DNA from: Methanotrichaceae archaeon
GTDB lineage: Archaea > Halobacteriota > Methanosarcinia > Methanotrichales > Methanotrichaceae
Length of the DNA: 64,000 bases
Assembly: GCA_963748825.1 (NCBI GenBank)
Contig: CAVVKN010000023.1
Location: 224,001-288,000 of the forward strand
Reading direction: 5' to 3'
Positions 21,781 through 34,451 of the stretch are shown in pieces (the first letter of the stretch is position 1; every line of letters begins with the position of its first letter). The position numbers and the translations under genes are program-made. Below the pieces are notes generated by a model. It did not search any database, was not told the DNA's origin, and saw nothing but the letters and a program-made list of their open reading frames with translations.

Positions 21781-22497
21781 TCACTTCTTCCAGGCATCGC
21801 TCTCCAGCTCATCCAGGGCCCCCATGACACCATCCACTGCCATCTGGAAGAACTGCTTCCCTTTCTCCATCGAGGCTGGCTCTGGATTGCCCATGATGCC
21901 GTTTCCCATGAGGTGGCGCACATCCTTCATGATCAGGAACTGCGGTCTTTTCGGAAAGTGCTCTGCCGGCTTTCCCTTGACCAGGTCAGGACGAATGACC
22001 ATCATGAGCGAGGTCTCCATCTCCCCGGCATGCCCATCATGCGCTGTCTCAACGGCCTTGGTATCAATCAGATCGAATAAAGACACCAGGCTCACATGGA
22101 AATCACGCTCTTCCACGGCCATCTGACAGGCCTCCTCTAGAGCCGCCATGTGCTGCCCACCCGCATGGCCCGTCAGAATCATCACCCTGGCAAAGCCGCT
22201 ATCGGCAAATGATATCAGCAAATCCTTGGCGAAGGCACGCAGGGCATCATGCCCCACGGTGATGGTGCCGGGAAAGCCCCGCGTGCTTCGGCAGACTCCG
22301 TAATGCAGGGGCGGGGCCAGGAAGACGTGGCGCTCTTTTGCGACAGCGCGCGCCACCTCCATGGCCTGGATGGTATCCGTCATCGTGGGCAGATGCGGTC
22401 CGTGCTCCTCGGTTGCTCCCACAGGCAGGATCACAGTTTGCGTTTCCTTAAGTCCTGCAACGATCTGCGGCCAACTCATCTCTTCCAGGAGCTTCAT
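21781..22497 (-). CDS. Creatininase/ArfB-family amidohydrolase
   Basis: PVGATEEHGPHLP..TD, GHAGG and HAGEMETS motifs. Confidence 0.85.
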   Translation of the reverse strand: MKLLEEMSWPQIVAGLKETQTVILPVGATEEHGPHLPTMTDTIQAMEVARAVAKERHVFLAPPLHYGVCRSTRGFPGTITVGHDALRAFAKDLLISFADSGFARVMILTGHAGGQHMAALEEACQMAVEERDFHVSLVSLFDLIDTKAVETAHDGHAGEMETSLMMVIRPDLVKGKPAEHFPKRPQFLIMKDVRHLMGNGIMGNPEPASMEKGKQFFQMAVDGVMGALDELESDAWKK

Positions 22498-25286
22498 ATG
22501 GTGATAACAGCTCCGGAAAGGACGTACTCCTCTGGCACCTTCAACTCGTAGACTTTGTCACCCACAGACAACTGGTAAGCACTCATGGGCTTGGTATCGA
22601 AATTAGTGCCGCCAACAATGCTACCTTCTGTGGAGTAAGGGAGCACCAGGGTGAACCGGCCGTCTGCATCGCTGGTGTTGGACTGCTGGTAGACGAAAGC
22701 CCGGTTCTGATTGGTCATTACGGGAACTGCAGCTACAACTCTAGTTCCTGCCGGCGCATTTCCGCTTATCACCACGCCCGGCACGTGCTCGAAGACCTTG
22801 ACGAGCTTCTGACCGGCAGTTATAGTATTCTCGGACTCATGCACCAGCCGGTAATGCTGCAGAGCGTCGAGCGGGAAGGCAGAGCTAGCAGGGCTCATGG
22901 CTGCGATCTCGGCATTGTCCCCCTTATTTCGGCTCTCGTTGATGAACGCCTCCAGCTCGGAGCGATTGCGGGTGATCATGGGCGCCTCGGTAAGCACGGG
23001 AACCGTAACTCCATTTCCCGCATCCCTGGCACGATAGGCCAATCCTACACCCATATCTCCGGCAGTCTCGGTTCCGTCGAAGAAGTACATGCGAGCCGCC
23101 ATGGACTTGAAATAAGACTCGCGCCAGATCTGCACCGGCACCCAACTGTCTCCTTGCTGCTGGTAGACCCCAGCCATGTACTTGGAAGTGGGAATGTTGC
23201 TCCAGGCCGCCATGGCATGGAACTTGCCTACCGCCATGGGCTGATCGATCATCACGTACTTGGTGTTCATATATTGCGAACGGTTTAGATCAAGGTCTGC
23301 CAGCACCTTTTCCGCCTGGCTCTCATTCTCAGCTAAGAAGAAGGGTGAGGAACCGGGAACATTCTTGGTGACGCTGCCAATTCCCTGCTGGAAAGGATTG
23401 GCATTGGGAAGCCTATGGCCCACACATTCGATGAGGTGTCCGTAATCCCACCAGGACATAATACCGTAAGCTGTATCCGGATAGGCGTACTTGCCGCCGA
23501 CGGGCTGCACATATTTCTCATAAAGGTCCATACCGGGCTCTGGCGTATTGTTCTGCAGCCATGCCGTTGAGGTCAGCCAATCAGAATCCGGGCCGCCGGC
23601 GCTTTGAGCGTATACTATGCTCCAGCTAAGACTTGGCAAGATGATAAACGAAAATATCAAAATTGCCGCCAGGATGATCTTGAGATTTGAGGTGATCAGC
23701 TTGACCGGATCCTTGGCAACATCCAGGTCCAGATCCGTGATGCCGAACCTCTGAAGTAGCCAAGTTACCAAAAAGCCGGTGAGAATGGCTACGTTTATCG
23801 CGTAATAGTAGGTGAATCTGTTCTGGGCGAGAGCCATGATGAGGATCATCAAAGACCAGGTCAAGATCAATATTTCAGCGGGCTTTTGGAACTTGACATT
23901 TCTGGTGATGAGCAATATCAACGCTATCAGGGCTAATGTGAATGTGGTAAACAGGATAGCAAGGGTCTCGGGCAGGCGGAAGATAGCTGTAGGATCGGGA
24001 CTGTAGCCTATGCCCGGAAACGATGTGATGATACTGGCGAAAGAAAACTGTCCCCCGCTGGAGAACAATGCCGATGCCTCACCAACCGTTGCAGCGCCAC
24101 CTGTCTTCTGCTGAAATATACTTAAACCGGCCAGGAGCGGCCTGGTGAACTGAGGAAGGGCAAAGTAAAGTATGGTCGTGCCTAAGGCCGCCAATCCCGC
24201 CAATGCACCTGGATAGTAGTAGCTCTCGAATCCCTTTTCTCGGATGAACCTGGACAGGACAGAGAAGAAGATGACTGCAACCACGCCCAGGAGAAGTATG
24301 GTGGGCTGGAAGAGACTGTAGAGGTAATGGTTGAAGCCGTAGTATGAATCGACAAATGGGAGAACCAGCAGCGTGGCCACGATAAAAGTTATTGCACCGG
24401 AAAGCCCCAGGTATTCCACGTTCTTTCCCCGGATGTGGTCAAAGATGCTCTGCATCATGATGAAGAGCAGAATTATTCCCTCAAAGAGAAATCCGGATGA
24501 CCAGGCATCGATGTAAAGGCCGAGAGAAACGCCAGCCAGAGCAGAATAGAGGAGCGGCATCTTAAATGCGGACCAGTTCCTCTGCACCGACGCAAAGCTC
24601 ATGCTCTTTCCGGAGTGTAGGGAAAGGAGCAGGAACATCATGGTGAGACTGCTAAACAGTATCTCTGCCGCGTGGTGATCTGTAAAACCCAGGGTGGTGC
24701 GGCTTAAGACCTGGCCGGGAAGCACGGCTATGACCAGTGCCGAGACCAGGCCGCAGCTCTTGCCGTATAGCTCCCTTCCGATGAAGTAGACAGGGAAGAC
24801 CAGGAGTGCGCCAAGGACTGCGGGCAAGAAAGCGCCCACTACCTCAATCAGATGATTGCTGGGCTGGCCCAGGCCGAAGATGTAGGAGAATATGGTAATG
24901 GCCCAGCTCACAAAAGGACCGAAGTGCAGCGGCGTTCCGTGCGGGAAATAAGTCATGGGATCAAACCATAATCTCTGCAGGTTGATCACAGTGCCTTTGG
25001 CCAGCATCATATGATACCAGGCATCGGTCTCGCTGCTGAAGATTACGCTACTGCCCGAGAAGACTCGGTCCCAGGGAACAATGGCGCGCAGATAAAATGA
25101 GAAGAGTGCCGCCACTATCAATCCTGCATATAGATATAAATCGCTACTCTGCCAAATGCCCGCCTTGCGCACCGCATTGGCCTTCTTTCCCAGGGGGACG
25201 GACGAGGCCTCCCGCGGCTTTGCCTCTTTTGGCATCACCGGGGTTTTTTTGCCACTGTCACCCTTATCTACAGATCTCTTAGACAT
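22494..25286 (-). CDS. aglB: Oligosaccharyltransferase
   Basis: Multi-TM N-terminal half; DAWYH, DHHAAE, TVGE, SWWDYGH and NPFQ motifs. Confidence 0.95.
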   Translation of the reverse strand: MSKRSVDKGDSGKKTPVMPKEAKPREASSVPLGKKANAVRKAGIWQSSDLYLYAGLIVAALFSFYLRAIVPWDRVFSGSSVIFSSETDAWYHMMLAKGTVINLQRLWFDPMTYFPHGTPLHFGPFVSWAITIFSYIFGLGQPSNHLIEVVGAFLPAVLGALLVFPVYFIGRELYGKSCGLVSALVIAVLPGQVLSRTTLGFTDHHAAEILFSSLTMMFLLLSLHSGKSMSFASVQRNWSAFKMPLLYSALAGVSLGLYIDAWSSGFLFEGIILLFIMMQSIFDHIRGKNVEYLGLSGAITFIVATLLVLPFVDSYYGFNHYLYSLFQPTILLLGVVAVIFFSVLSRFIREKGFESYYYPGALAGLAALGTTILYFALPQFTRPLLAGLSIFQQKTGGAATVGEASALFSSGGQFSFASIITSFPGIGYSPDPTAIFRLPETLAILFTTFTLALIALILLITRNVKFQKPAEILILTWSLMILIMALAQNRFTYYYAINVAILTGFLVTWLLQRFGITDLDLDVAKDPVKLITSNLKIILAAILIFSFIILPSLSWSIVYAQSAGGPDSDWLTSTAWLQNNTPEPGMDLYEKYVQPVGGKYAYPDTAYGIMSWWDYGHLIECVGHRLPNANPFQQGIGSVTKNVPGSSPFFLAENESQAEKVLADLDLNRSQYMNTKYVMIDQPMAVGKFHAMAAWSNIPTSKYMAGVYQQQGDSWVPVQIWRESYFKSMAARMYFFDGTETAGDMGVGLAYRARDAGNGVTVPVLTEAPMITRNRSELEAFINESRNKGDNAEIAAMSPASSAFPLDALQHYRLVHESENTITAGQKLVKVFEHVPGVVISGNAPAGTRVVAAVPVMTNQNRAFVYQQSNTSDADGRFTLVLPYSTEGSIVGGTNFDTKPMSAYQLSVGDKVYELKVPEEYVLSGAVITI

Positions 25287-25676
25287 TATGGCCAAGAAAC
25301 AGTTCTATCCTCATAAACGTTTTGAATCGTGTCAGGCATGCTCGCGATAGACGCACTCCTTTTTCCGGGATATTTTTGCCAGCCGCTCGTTTTTGCATTG
25401 CCGGGAGGGACCCGGCTTTTCCTTCCGAGTACCCCCTTCCGGCATTCTTTCGTGCCTTGTCGCAGCAGCTTTACACCGCAGGATCTTTTCATTCACCTGT
25501 TGACGGCCGCGTCTTTTGTAATATGCAGAACCGTTTCAAGGCAAGCAACGGGGCACGCCTTCACATCCAACCGCGACGGTTTCCTGCTTGCAGAATATAT
25601 ATATTATCTAAACGCGATCCTAGTTGATACCCCTTATAACGCAATGCTTAGGGAGATAAATTGGAGATTGATCATT

Positions 25677-26129
25677 ATGGAAAAGATACAAGACGTAAAG
25701 GGCCTAGGCGGGATGCTGAACGGATTTAGGGATCTGGTGAAAGATGACAAGAAGATCGTCTTCATTGGCTCACCAGGATTTTGCACTCCATTTGCCCTAT
25801 TTCTGGGCTATCCGGTAAGAGAAAAGGATCTGGCCTTTCTGCCCGGCTTAAATATGGATAAAGCACGACGCATCGTAGCCACTGATTATGGAATGGAGCT
25901 GGAGAGTGCGGCAAGTGCGGAAGCGGATGTTGTTGTAATCCTGGGAGGCATGGCCATGCCCAAGATCGGCGTCAAGCCCGGGGAGATGAAGGAATTTCTC
26001 AGCAAAATGAAATACAAGAAGCTCGTAGGCGTATGCTTCATGTCCATCTTTGAGAAGGCGGGATGGTGTCAGGCCCTGCCCTTCGACTTCGTCATGAACG
26101 TGACACTCGAAGGGGAAATATCTCGGTGA
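25677..26129 (+). CDS. DUF2124-family protein (methanogen-associated)
   Basis: FIGSPGFCTPFA, GGMAMP and GVCFMSIF motifs; GGAG RBS before ATG 25677. Confidence 0.8.
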   Translation: MEKIQDVKGLGGMLNGFRDLVKDDKKIVFIGSPGFCTPFALFLGYPVREKDLAFLPGLNMDKARRIVATDYGMELESAASAEADVVVILGGMAMPKIGVKPGEMKEFLSKMKYKKLVGVCFMSIFEKAGWCQALPFDFVMNVTLEGEISR

Positions 26130-26242
26130 CGACTCCACGCCAATGAATTGGCGAGGATTTGCCCCGTTTTAATTCCAACGACAATTATCCGGCCAAGAAT
26201 AAGGCGGATGCTAGAAAACCTTTTTTTAAAAAATTAAGAAAA

Positions 26243-26316
26243 TGGGCCCGACGCGATTTGAACGCGTGACCTCACGGTTATCAGCCGTGCGCTCAACCTG
26301 GCTAAGCTACGGGCCC
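26243..26316 (-). tRNA. tRNA-Ile(GAT)
   Basis: GGGCCCG acceptor stem, anticodon arm CACGG-CTGATAA-CCGTG, GTTCAAATC T-loop. Confidence 0.95.
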
Positions 26317-26531
26317 GATCCGCACTTTGCATTGATGATCCCATTAATAACTGTTTCCCTTCTAAAGCCCCTAGATTGGCATATAGCCCTGAGCCCAAAT
26401 GGGGGATGCGTACACTTTTTATCAGCAAAAAAGACACCATCCGATTCAGTTCTGCCCACTCTGCTTCAAGGCATAGCGTGGCTCTTCGACAGCCTTAAAT
26501 CAAGGCAAGAATGATTCTAACCATGGTACTT

Positions 26532-26912
26532 ATGGACACTCCCACAAAAGAAAGCACAGAAAATTTGGAAGGACTTTACGACCTGGCGATCCCCCTGAGC
26601 ATGCCTGTATCAGTAATCCGCGAGATAGTGGAGAATTTTGAGCTGGACCTGATCCGCCGTCTGGCCAAGATGGATATGACGGGAGAAGTGATGGACAGAG
26701 AGATCCTGGTGCTGAGAGGAGACATGGAGACTGTCAAGGCCGCCGAGAAGTACATGTTCGAAGCCCTGGACAGAAAATTGGCGGATTGGAACAAGAAAGA
26801 TCGAGAAGAAAAGTACAAGAAGTACTATGAGGAGCAGGCCGCCGCCAGGATGAAGGAGCTTAAGGAAAATCCTGAAGCTGCGAAAAACTGGGACACGACT
26901 GCGACCCAATAG
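26532..26912 (+). CDS. Hypothetical protein
   Basis: Clean ORF with typical codon usage. Confidence 0.7.
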   Translation: MDTPTKESTENLEGLYDLAIPLSMPVSVIREIVENFELDLIRRLAKMDMTGEVMDREILVLRGDMETVKAAEKYMFEALDRKLADWNKKDREEKYKKYYEEQAAARMKELKENPEAAKNWDTTATQ

Positions 26913-26925
26913 CTTCTAAACAAAA

Positions 26926-27273
26926 TCAGTCGATCATCACCCATTTGTTCTTTCCTTCCCAAAGTTTCAAGGAAAGCAGCCTGACGGCAGTGCCGTCCAT
27001 ATCGTTTTTCAGCCGATCCGATATCCATTGGGCGATCGTCTCTGCTGTGGGATTTGGCAAAATATCATTCAAGTAGCCGTGGTCTAGATCCTGCAATGCT
27101 CCTGCAATGATTTTCTTTAGCTGATAGAAATCCATGACAAAGCCGTCGTCTCCAACATCGCCCTCCACCACAATCTCCACCTGGTAGGTGTGGCCGTGCA
27201 GATTGGCGCACTTGCCCTGGTAGCCGGGCAGGCTGTGAGCAGCATCAAACTCCGTGACTAATCCGAGCTTCAT
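26926..27273 (-). CDS. queD: 6-carboxytetrahydropterin synthase
   Basis: FDAAH, C..LHGHTY, DH..LN and NPTAE motifs. Confidence 0.93.
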   Translation of the reverse strand: MKLGLVTEFDAAHSLPGYQGKCANLHGHTYQVEIVVEGDVGDDGFVMDFYQLKKIIAGALQDLDHGYLNDILPNPTAETIAQWISDRLKNDMDGTAVRLLSLKLWEGKNKWVMID

Positions 27274-27440
27274 TCCTGGGCGCGCCCCCTGCGTCGATCA
27301 ATCTCATCTAATTGATCCAGCATCTTTCTTAGAGCTGATCTTATGGCGTCTGAGAGGCTTACGAACTTCTTTGCGTCGCCTACGTGCGCCTGGACATCAT
27401 CTACGATGTGCTGAGGTATTTCCACTGTGACCTTGGGCAT
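27270..27440 (-). CDS. Ribbon-helix-helix (CopG-like) protein
   Basis: MPKVTVEIP...FVSLSDAIRSALR; overlaps the queD start (ATGA). Confidence 0.8.
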   Translation of the reverse strand: MPKVTVEIPQHIVDDVQAHVGDAKKFVSLSDAIRSALRKMLDQLDEIDRRRGRAQE

Positions 27441-27557
27441 AGAATCCTCTGATTTATCTTGCATATCTTTCCGGATATTCCTGTGGTATGGCCAGGAGAA
27501 TATCATATTAATAGCTTATGCGTTCCTGCAATTAAGGCCGCCTTAAAACCCACAATT

Positions 27558-28361
27558 TCATTCTACACAGTTTACGGCATCTTCAGGCGCGCCTGCCAGC
27601 TCCGTTAGGGCCTGAGCCTCCATGAAATGTAGCTTGGCAGGGACAATCAGGATATGCAAGGGTCCGCCAAAGTCATAGCTTTGCAGACGCACTAGAAGAT
27701 CCGCCTTCACCGCAGCATCATCCGAGCCCGCCCGGGCAATGCCTATGCCCACAACTTCATCCAGGACCTTCTCACCTACGTCATCCTGCATCTCCAGGAG
27801 AAGCGCTGCACCTTCGTTTACAGTCATATATCTCTCAACGGAATCGCTCTGGATATCCAGGAAGAGCATGGTATGCAAATTGCGGTCAAGGTTCTCCTTT
27901 AGTACCTGGTAGGGCGTCTGGGCAATGATTCGCTTGCCCCTGGAGATGTAAGGAAAGGGAATGGTAGTGGACCTGCCGAAGCGGTAGTTTTGCAGGCCGC
28001 AAAGCCCCGATACAGCGGTGACGATGGAAGAGGAGTGAATCACCTGCGTCTTTATCCCCATCTTAGCCGCTCGCAGCCGCAGGTCCAGATGAGTGGTGGA
28101 GACCATGGCATCGCCCCCCACCAGGAAGGCCACGTCCTTATCCAGGGCATCCTCCATCCAGGAGGGGTCCACTTCCACCTGCTGGCGGGAGAGAAGGCTG
28201 ATCTTGCGGCCATAGAATGCCTCCAGCTTCTCATGAGTTGCGCCCATCAGCCGGGAGGTGTAAAACTCAGCATAAACCATGTCAGCCGCGCGAACCGCAT
28301 CAAGGCCTTTGACGGAGATATCCCGCTCGTCGTAGAGCCCAAGACCAATGAAGATGAGCAT
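27558..28361 (-). CDS. dph5: Diphthine synthase
   Basis: [25 protein letters not shown] and HTMLFLDI motifs. Confidence 0.95.
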   Translation of the reverse strand: MLIFIGLGLYDERDISVKGLDAVRAADMVYAEFYTSRLMGATHEKLEAFYGRKISLLSRQQVEVDPSWMEDALDKDVAFLVGGDAMVSTTHLDLRLRAAKMGIKTQVIHSSSIVTAVSGLCGLQNYRFGRSTTIPFPYISRGKRIIAQTPYQVLKENLDRNLHTMLFLDIQSDSVERYMTVNEGAALLLEMQDDVGEKVLDEVVGIGIARAGSDDAAVKADLLVRLQSYDFGGPLHILIVPAKLHFMEAQALTELAGAPEDAVNCVE

Positions 28362-28445
28362 AGCAATTTCCTCATTTTTCCAGTTTATAAACGCTACCAC
28401 TTATCTTTCGTCAAGTCTATATTCCATACCACCGCAAATAAGGGC

Positions 28446-29096
28446 ATGATTGGCAGGGCAACTCAGGTGGTGGATTGCAGGGAGAGCATGGGCCTGGCCA
28501 AGGGTGGCGGGCTGGCCCAGAGGGGCACGCTCTCTGAGGCGACAAAGCCGGATGTGATCGCCATAGCCATGTCTCCAGGGCGGCGTCACATTACCAAACC
28601 CGTTTGCGAGATGACCTATGGGCTGCGCCGGGAGGGCATTCAGACCAGCGTGCTGGTTTTGGAGGCAGGAACAGGACTTCCGGAGAGCTTTCCCCAGGCT
28701 TCGCGAGGCTACGGCCCCACCTTCGGGCTGAACGAAAGAGAGCTGCAACAGGTGGCGCGCCATAAGATTGCCGTTCTGCATCTGGGAAACGTGCGCTCGC
28801 ACGTCATCCACAAGGCCAAAGAGATTTTGGCGCAGGTAGATATTCCCGTGGTAGTGGTAGCGCAGTGTCCCATGGATATGGAGGATTTTGCCAAAGAGGG
28901 CATCAAGACGCGCACCGTCAAGCCGGCCCACCAGAAGACGGAAACAAAAGGCGAGGTAGTGGATATCGTCACCGGCATAACCCGCGGTGCCACCTGTACC
29001 AGAGTTAAGCTCAACACGCTGGCCAAGGTTTTAAACAAGCATCTGGCGGAGATCAATGCCCGAGAGGCCGATGCGGCCTTGAAAAAGAAGAAATAG
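28446..29096 (+). CDS. mcrC: Methyl-coenzyme M reductase operon protein C
   Basis: MIGRATQVVDCRESMGLAKGGGLAQRGT and MSPGRRHITKPVCE motifs. Confidence 0.93.
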   Translation: MIGRATQVVDCRESMGLAKGGGLAQRGTLSEATKPDVIAIAMSPGRRHITKPVCEMTYGLRREGIQTSVLVLEAGTGLPESFPQASRGYGPTFGLNERELQQVARHKIAVLHLGNVRSHVIHKAKEILAQVDIPVVVVAQCPMDMEDFAKEGIKTRTVKPAHQKTETKGEVVDIVTGITRGATCTRVKLNTLAKVLNKHLAEINAREADAALKKKK

Positions 29097-29257
29097 AGAG
29101 TGGGCTCATCTCGGCATCTTTTGGATATCCTAAAAACTCTGGGCCAAGATCAGAACATTCCGGTTCAGCGGCGGCGATACGCCATCCGCGGGAACCGGTT
29201 GTTAGCTGACCGTTTTTTTTTCGCCGCCCTGTTAGAAGCCCTCGAAGACGTTTTATG

Positions 29258-31692
<2,435 letters not shown>

Positions 31693-31718
31693 CATATATT
31701 CATCGTAAAAAACCGGTA

Positions 31719-31748
31719 ATTATGTGCGGGGGATGAGGTTCCCGCACA
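31719..31748. repeat. Palindromic element, inverted partner of 34110-34145
   Basis: ATTATGTGCGGGGGATGAGGTTCCCGCA versus reverse complement ATTACGTGCGGGGGGATGAGACCCCCGCA. Confidence 0.7.
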
Positions 31749-31871
31749 AAAATAATCAATTTAACTTTTCTTTAGGTAAATTTAGTTTTTTAACCAACCT
31801 TAAATAATATATCTAAGTATGCTACTTTTGGTGATGAATTTGGGGCTTGCTGATGATGCTGAGTCGAGAAA

Positions 31872-32918
31872 ATGTTAGCTGCAGTTTTAAAGGCCCCCGG
31901 ACTCATTGAGCTTGAGGAGGTGCCGGACGCGGAGTGCCCAAAAGGCGGAGCCCTTCTAGAGGTAAAGGCCTGCGCTGTATGCGGCACGGACATCAAAATG
32001 CTGCAGCATGGCCACAAAGACCTTGCTTATCCGCGCATTCTGGGGCATGAGATAGTTGGCAGGATCATCGAGATCGATCGTGACTCGAGTCTGACAGAAG
32101 GTGATCTAGTACAGGTCTGGCCCGGGATTACCTGTGGCAAATGCCGTCCCTGTCAACGAGGAGAAGATAATCGCTGCCATGAGATGAATATTCTGGGATT
32201 TAACCAAGATGGTGGCTTTGCCAAGCTTCTAGCTCTCCCTGGGCAGTGCGTCTCCAAAGGATTAAATCTGTTGCCTAATGGCGCTGATCCTTGTATTTCC
32301 GCCTTGGCCGAGCCTCTGGCATGCTGCATAAATGGCCAGGAGATGGCCAGAGTTTCGAAAGGAGATTTTGTTTTGATCTTGGGTGCAGGTCCCATCGGCT
32401 GTCTCCATGCTCTTTTAGCAGAACTCTCTGGTGCTGAGAAGATAATAATTGTAGAAAAAATACCGGAGCGCATACTACAGATAAGTAAACACTGCAGAGT
32501 CGATGCAATAAGCTCCGACACAATTGATCCTGGTGAATCTTTTGCAGGTGTTATTCTAGAGAAAACTGGTGGTGCGGGCGTAGATGTAATCCTGACTGCA
32601 TCTCCTGAATTTAGAATCGACAACAATCTTCACAAGTTGCTCGCTCCCGGCGGAAGGATCTGCATATTCTCCGGGCCGAGGCCGGGAAACTATGAAGAGC
32701 TAATTAGTCTACGATCGATACACTATCGAGAGCAGACGATTACGGGATCCTACGGCTGCTCCAGTCAGCAGAATAGAAAGGCTGCGGAACTATTGACCAC
32801 AGGGATGATCAACGCAGATTGGATCATAACAAAAAAGACACACATTTCTGGCATTCAGGATGCATTGAGCCATTCTTCAAAAAGAAGCGGTTTAAAATCG
32901 GTCGTATATGGAATTTAG
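31872..32918 (+). CDS. Zinc-dependent medium-chain dehydrogenase
   Basis: VCGTD, LGHE, C..C..C.......C structural Zn site, GAGPIG. Confidence 0.92.
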   Translation: MLAAVLKAPGLIELEEVPDAECPKGGALLEVKACAVCGTDIKMLQHGHKDLAYPRILGHEIVGRIIEIDRDSSLTEGDLVQVWPGITCGKCRPCQRGEDNRCHEMNILGFNQDGGFAKLLALPGQCVSKGLNLLPNGADPCISALAEPLACCINGQEMARVSKGDFVLILGAGPIGCLHALLAELSGAEKIIIVEKIPERILQISKHCRVDAISSDTIDPGESFAGVILEKTGGAGVDVILTASPEFRIDNNLHKLLAPGGRICIFSGPRPGNYEELISLRSIHYREQTITGSYGCSSQQNRKAAELLTTGMINADWIITKKTHISGIQDALSHSSKRSGLKSVVYGI

Positions 32919-32928
32919 GTGTTTTAAG

Positions 32929-34041
32929 ATGGAAGAAGATTTGAGATACTTCGGAAGCAAAGTTGATGCACTGATAAAAGGCCAGAACCTCACCCGAGCG
33001 GAAGCAAATGATCTATTCAGCAGGATACTAAACAATGAGCAGCCTGACTTGCAGCAAGGTGCTTTCCTGGCGGCCATTACCGCCAAAGGTGCAACTCCTC
33101 AAGAGATTGCTGGCATCTGGGAAGCTATCTATGAATTAGATACCATAAAGGTCCACCCGGATGTGAGCGGTCCTTTAACGGAAAACTGTGGCACAGGCAT
33201 GGATTCCATCAAGACTTTCAATATCAGCACGGCCGCATCAATAGTAGCTGCATCTGACGGCATAATAATGGCTAAGCACGGAGCTAGGGCAATAACCTCC
33301 AGATGCGGAGCTGTCGACATCCTAGAAACGCTTGGATTGGACGTGGAGTGCGATGTCTCGCTGGTCAAGAGGAGCATAGAACAAGCTGGCATAGGCATTT
33401 TCAACGGCATGAGTGGCAAAGTGCATCCCCAGGCTCTCTACAGGATTTTATCTCAGATCAGATTCGGGACGGTCCTCAACATCGCAGGGTCTCTCGCCAA
33501 TCCGGCTCTACCTTCCTACGGCGTTCGTGGAGTCTACTCCAGAGAGATGGTTCTTCCCATAGCTCTGGCCATGAAGGAGATTGGCTACAAACGGGCTTTG
33601 GTGATGCACGGTCGGAGTGCTGACAGCTCCCGAGGGATGGATGAACTTTCCACTCTTGGTTCCTCTTATGTGGCGGAGATAGATGAGGATGGAGAGATCC
33701 ATGAGTACACAATCATCTTAGAGGGACTTGGTGTGAAGAAAGGAGATGAAGCATCTATCCTTTATCAATCAGATCGGACCGCGGAAGCAATAAGCCTTCT
33801 AAGAGTCCTCTCTGGAAAAGATAAAAGCCACAGGAGCGAGATAGTATGCCTTAATGCAGCACCTTTGCTTCATATCACCGGGCATGCTGAGAGCCTCAAA
33901 GATGGGGTGGACAAGGCTAGAGAGATCATAGATAGCGATAGACCCATAAGAAAGTTGAAAGCCTGGGTGAAGCAGCAGAACTCGGAACCCGGAGAGCGGC
34001 TTGAGAAACTAGATGAGATGCTTGCATTGGCCTTGTCCTGA
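32929..34041 (+). CDS. Anthranilate phosphoribosyltransferase-like (TrpD family, divergent)
   Basis: CGTGMD..KTFNISTAA, KHGAR, GMDE and LNAA motifs. Confidence 0.85.
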   Translation: MEEDLRYFGSKVDALIKGQNLTRAEANDLFSRILNNEQPDLQQGAFLAAITAKGATPQEIAGIWEAIYELDTIKVHPDVSGPLTENCGTGMDSIKTFNISTAASIVAASDGIIMAKHGARAITSRCGAVDILETLGLDVECDVSLVKRSIEQAGIGIFNGMSGKVHPQALYRILSQIRFGTVLNIAGSLANPALPSYGVRGVYSREMVLPIALAMKEIGYKRALVMHGRSADSSRGMDELSTLGSSYVAEIDEDGEIHEYTIILEGLGVKKGDEASILYQSDRTAEAISLLRVLSGKDKSHRSEIVCLNAAPLLHITGHAESLKDGVDKAREIIDSDRPIRKLKAWVKQQNSEPGERLEKLDEMLALALS

Positions 34042-34109
34042 GTTGTGTAACCTGTAGTCCCTTCCCTTCAATTTCGATGTGGCCTAACGATGTGGGTTCT
34101 GAAAATGAG

Positions 34110-34145
34110 ATTACTTGCGGGGGTCTCATCCCCCCGCACGTAATC
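34110..34145. repeat. Palindromic element, inverted partner of 31719-31748
   Basis: ATTACTTGCGGGGGTCTCATCCCCCCGCACGTAAT hairpin. Confidence 0.7.
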
Positions 34146-34451
34146 GTAGATACGGAATCCATACTTAGCGGGGCACGAAGAAGGTGCACGTATTCACAGG
34201 CGAGCGGGTGCAGGTGGACAAGCCCAAGGGCGCGCCGGCCTGGATGCCCGACAAGATCTGGAAGCCAATGGTTAAGAAGGTGGGCACAGAGACGCTGGAA
34301 GAGCTTTGAAGGCTCGCCTCGCTCGCTACAGGTCCCGGCATGGCCTCTGCCGCAGCAGATGTATCTTAGATACCGAGCCCCCCGTTGGTCCTCTCAGCGA
34401 AGCGTGAGTTTCTTTCAGTCTACCAGGGCCTTAGAAAGGAGGCTGCATCAG

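Noticed and set aside
25329-25676. N-terminal extension of the DUF2124 gene
   Set aside because: RBS and homology start at 25677
27990-28445. Long N-terminal extension of mcrC
   Set aside because: Overlaps dph5 on the opposite strand; McrC homology begins at ATG 28446
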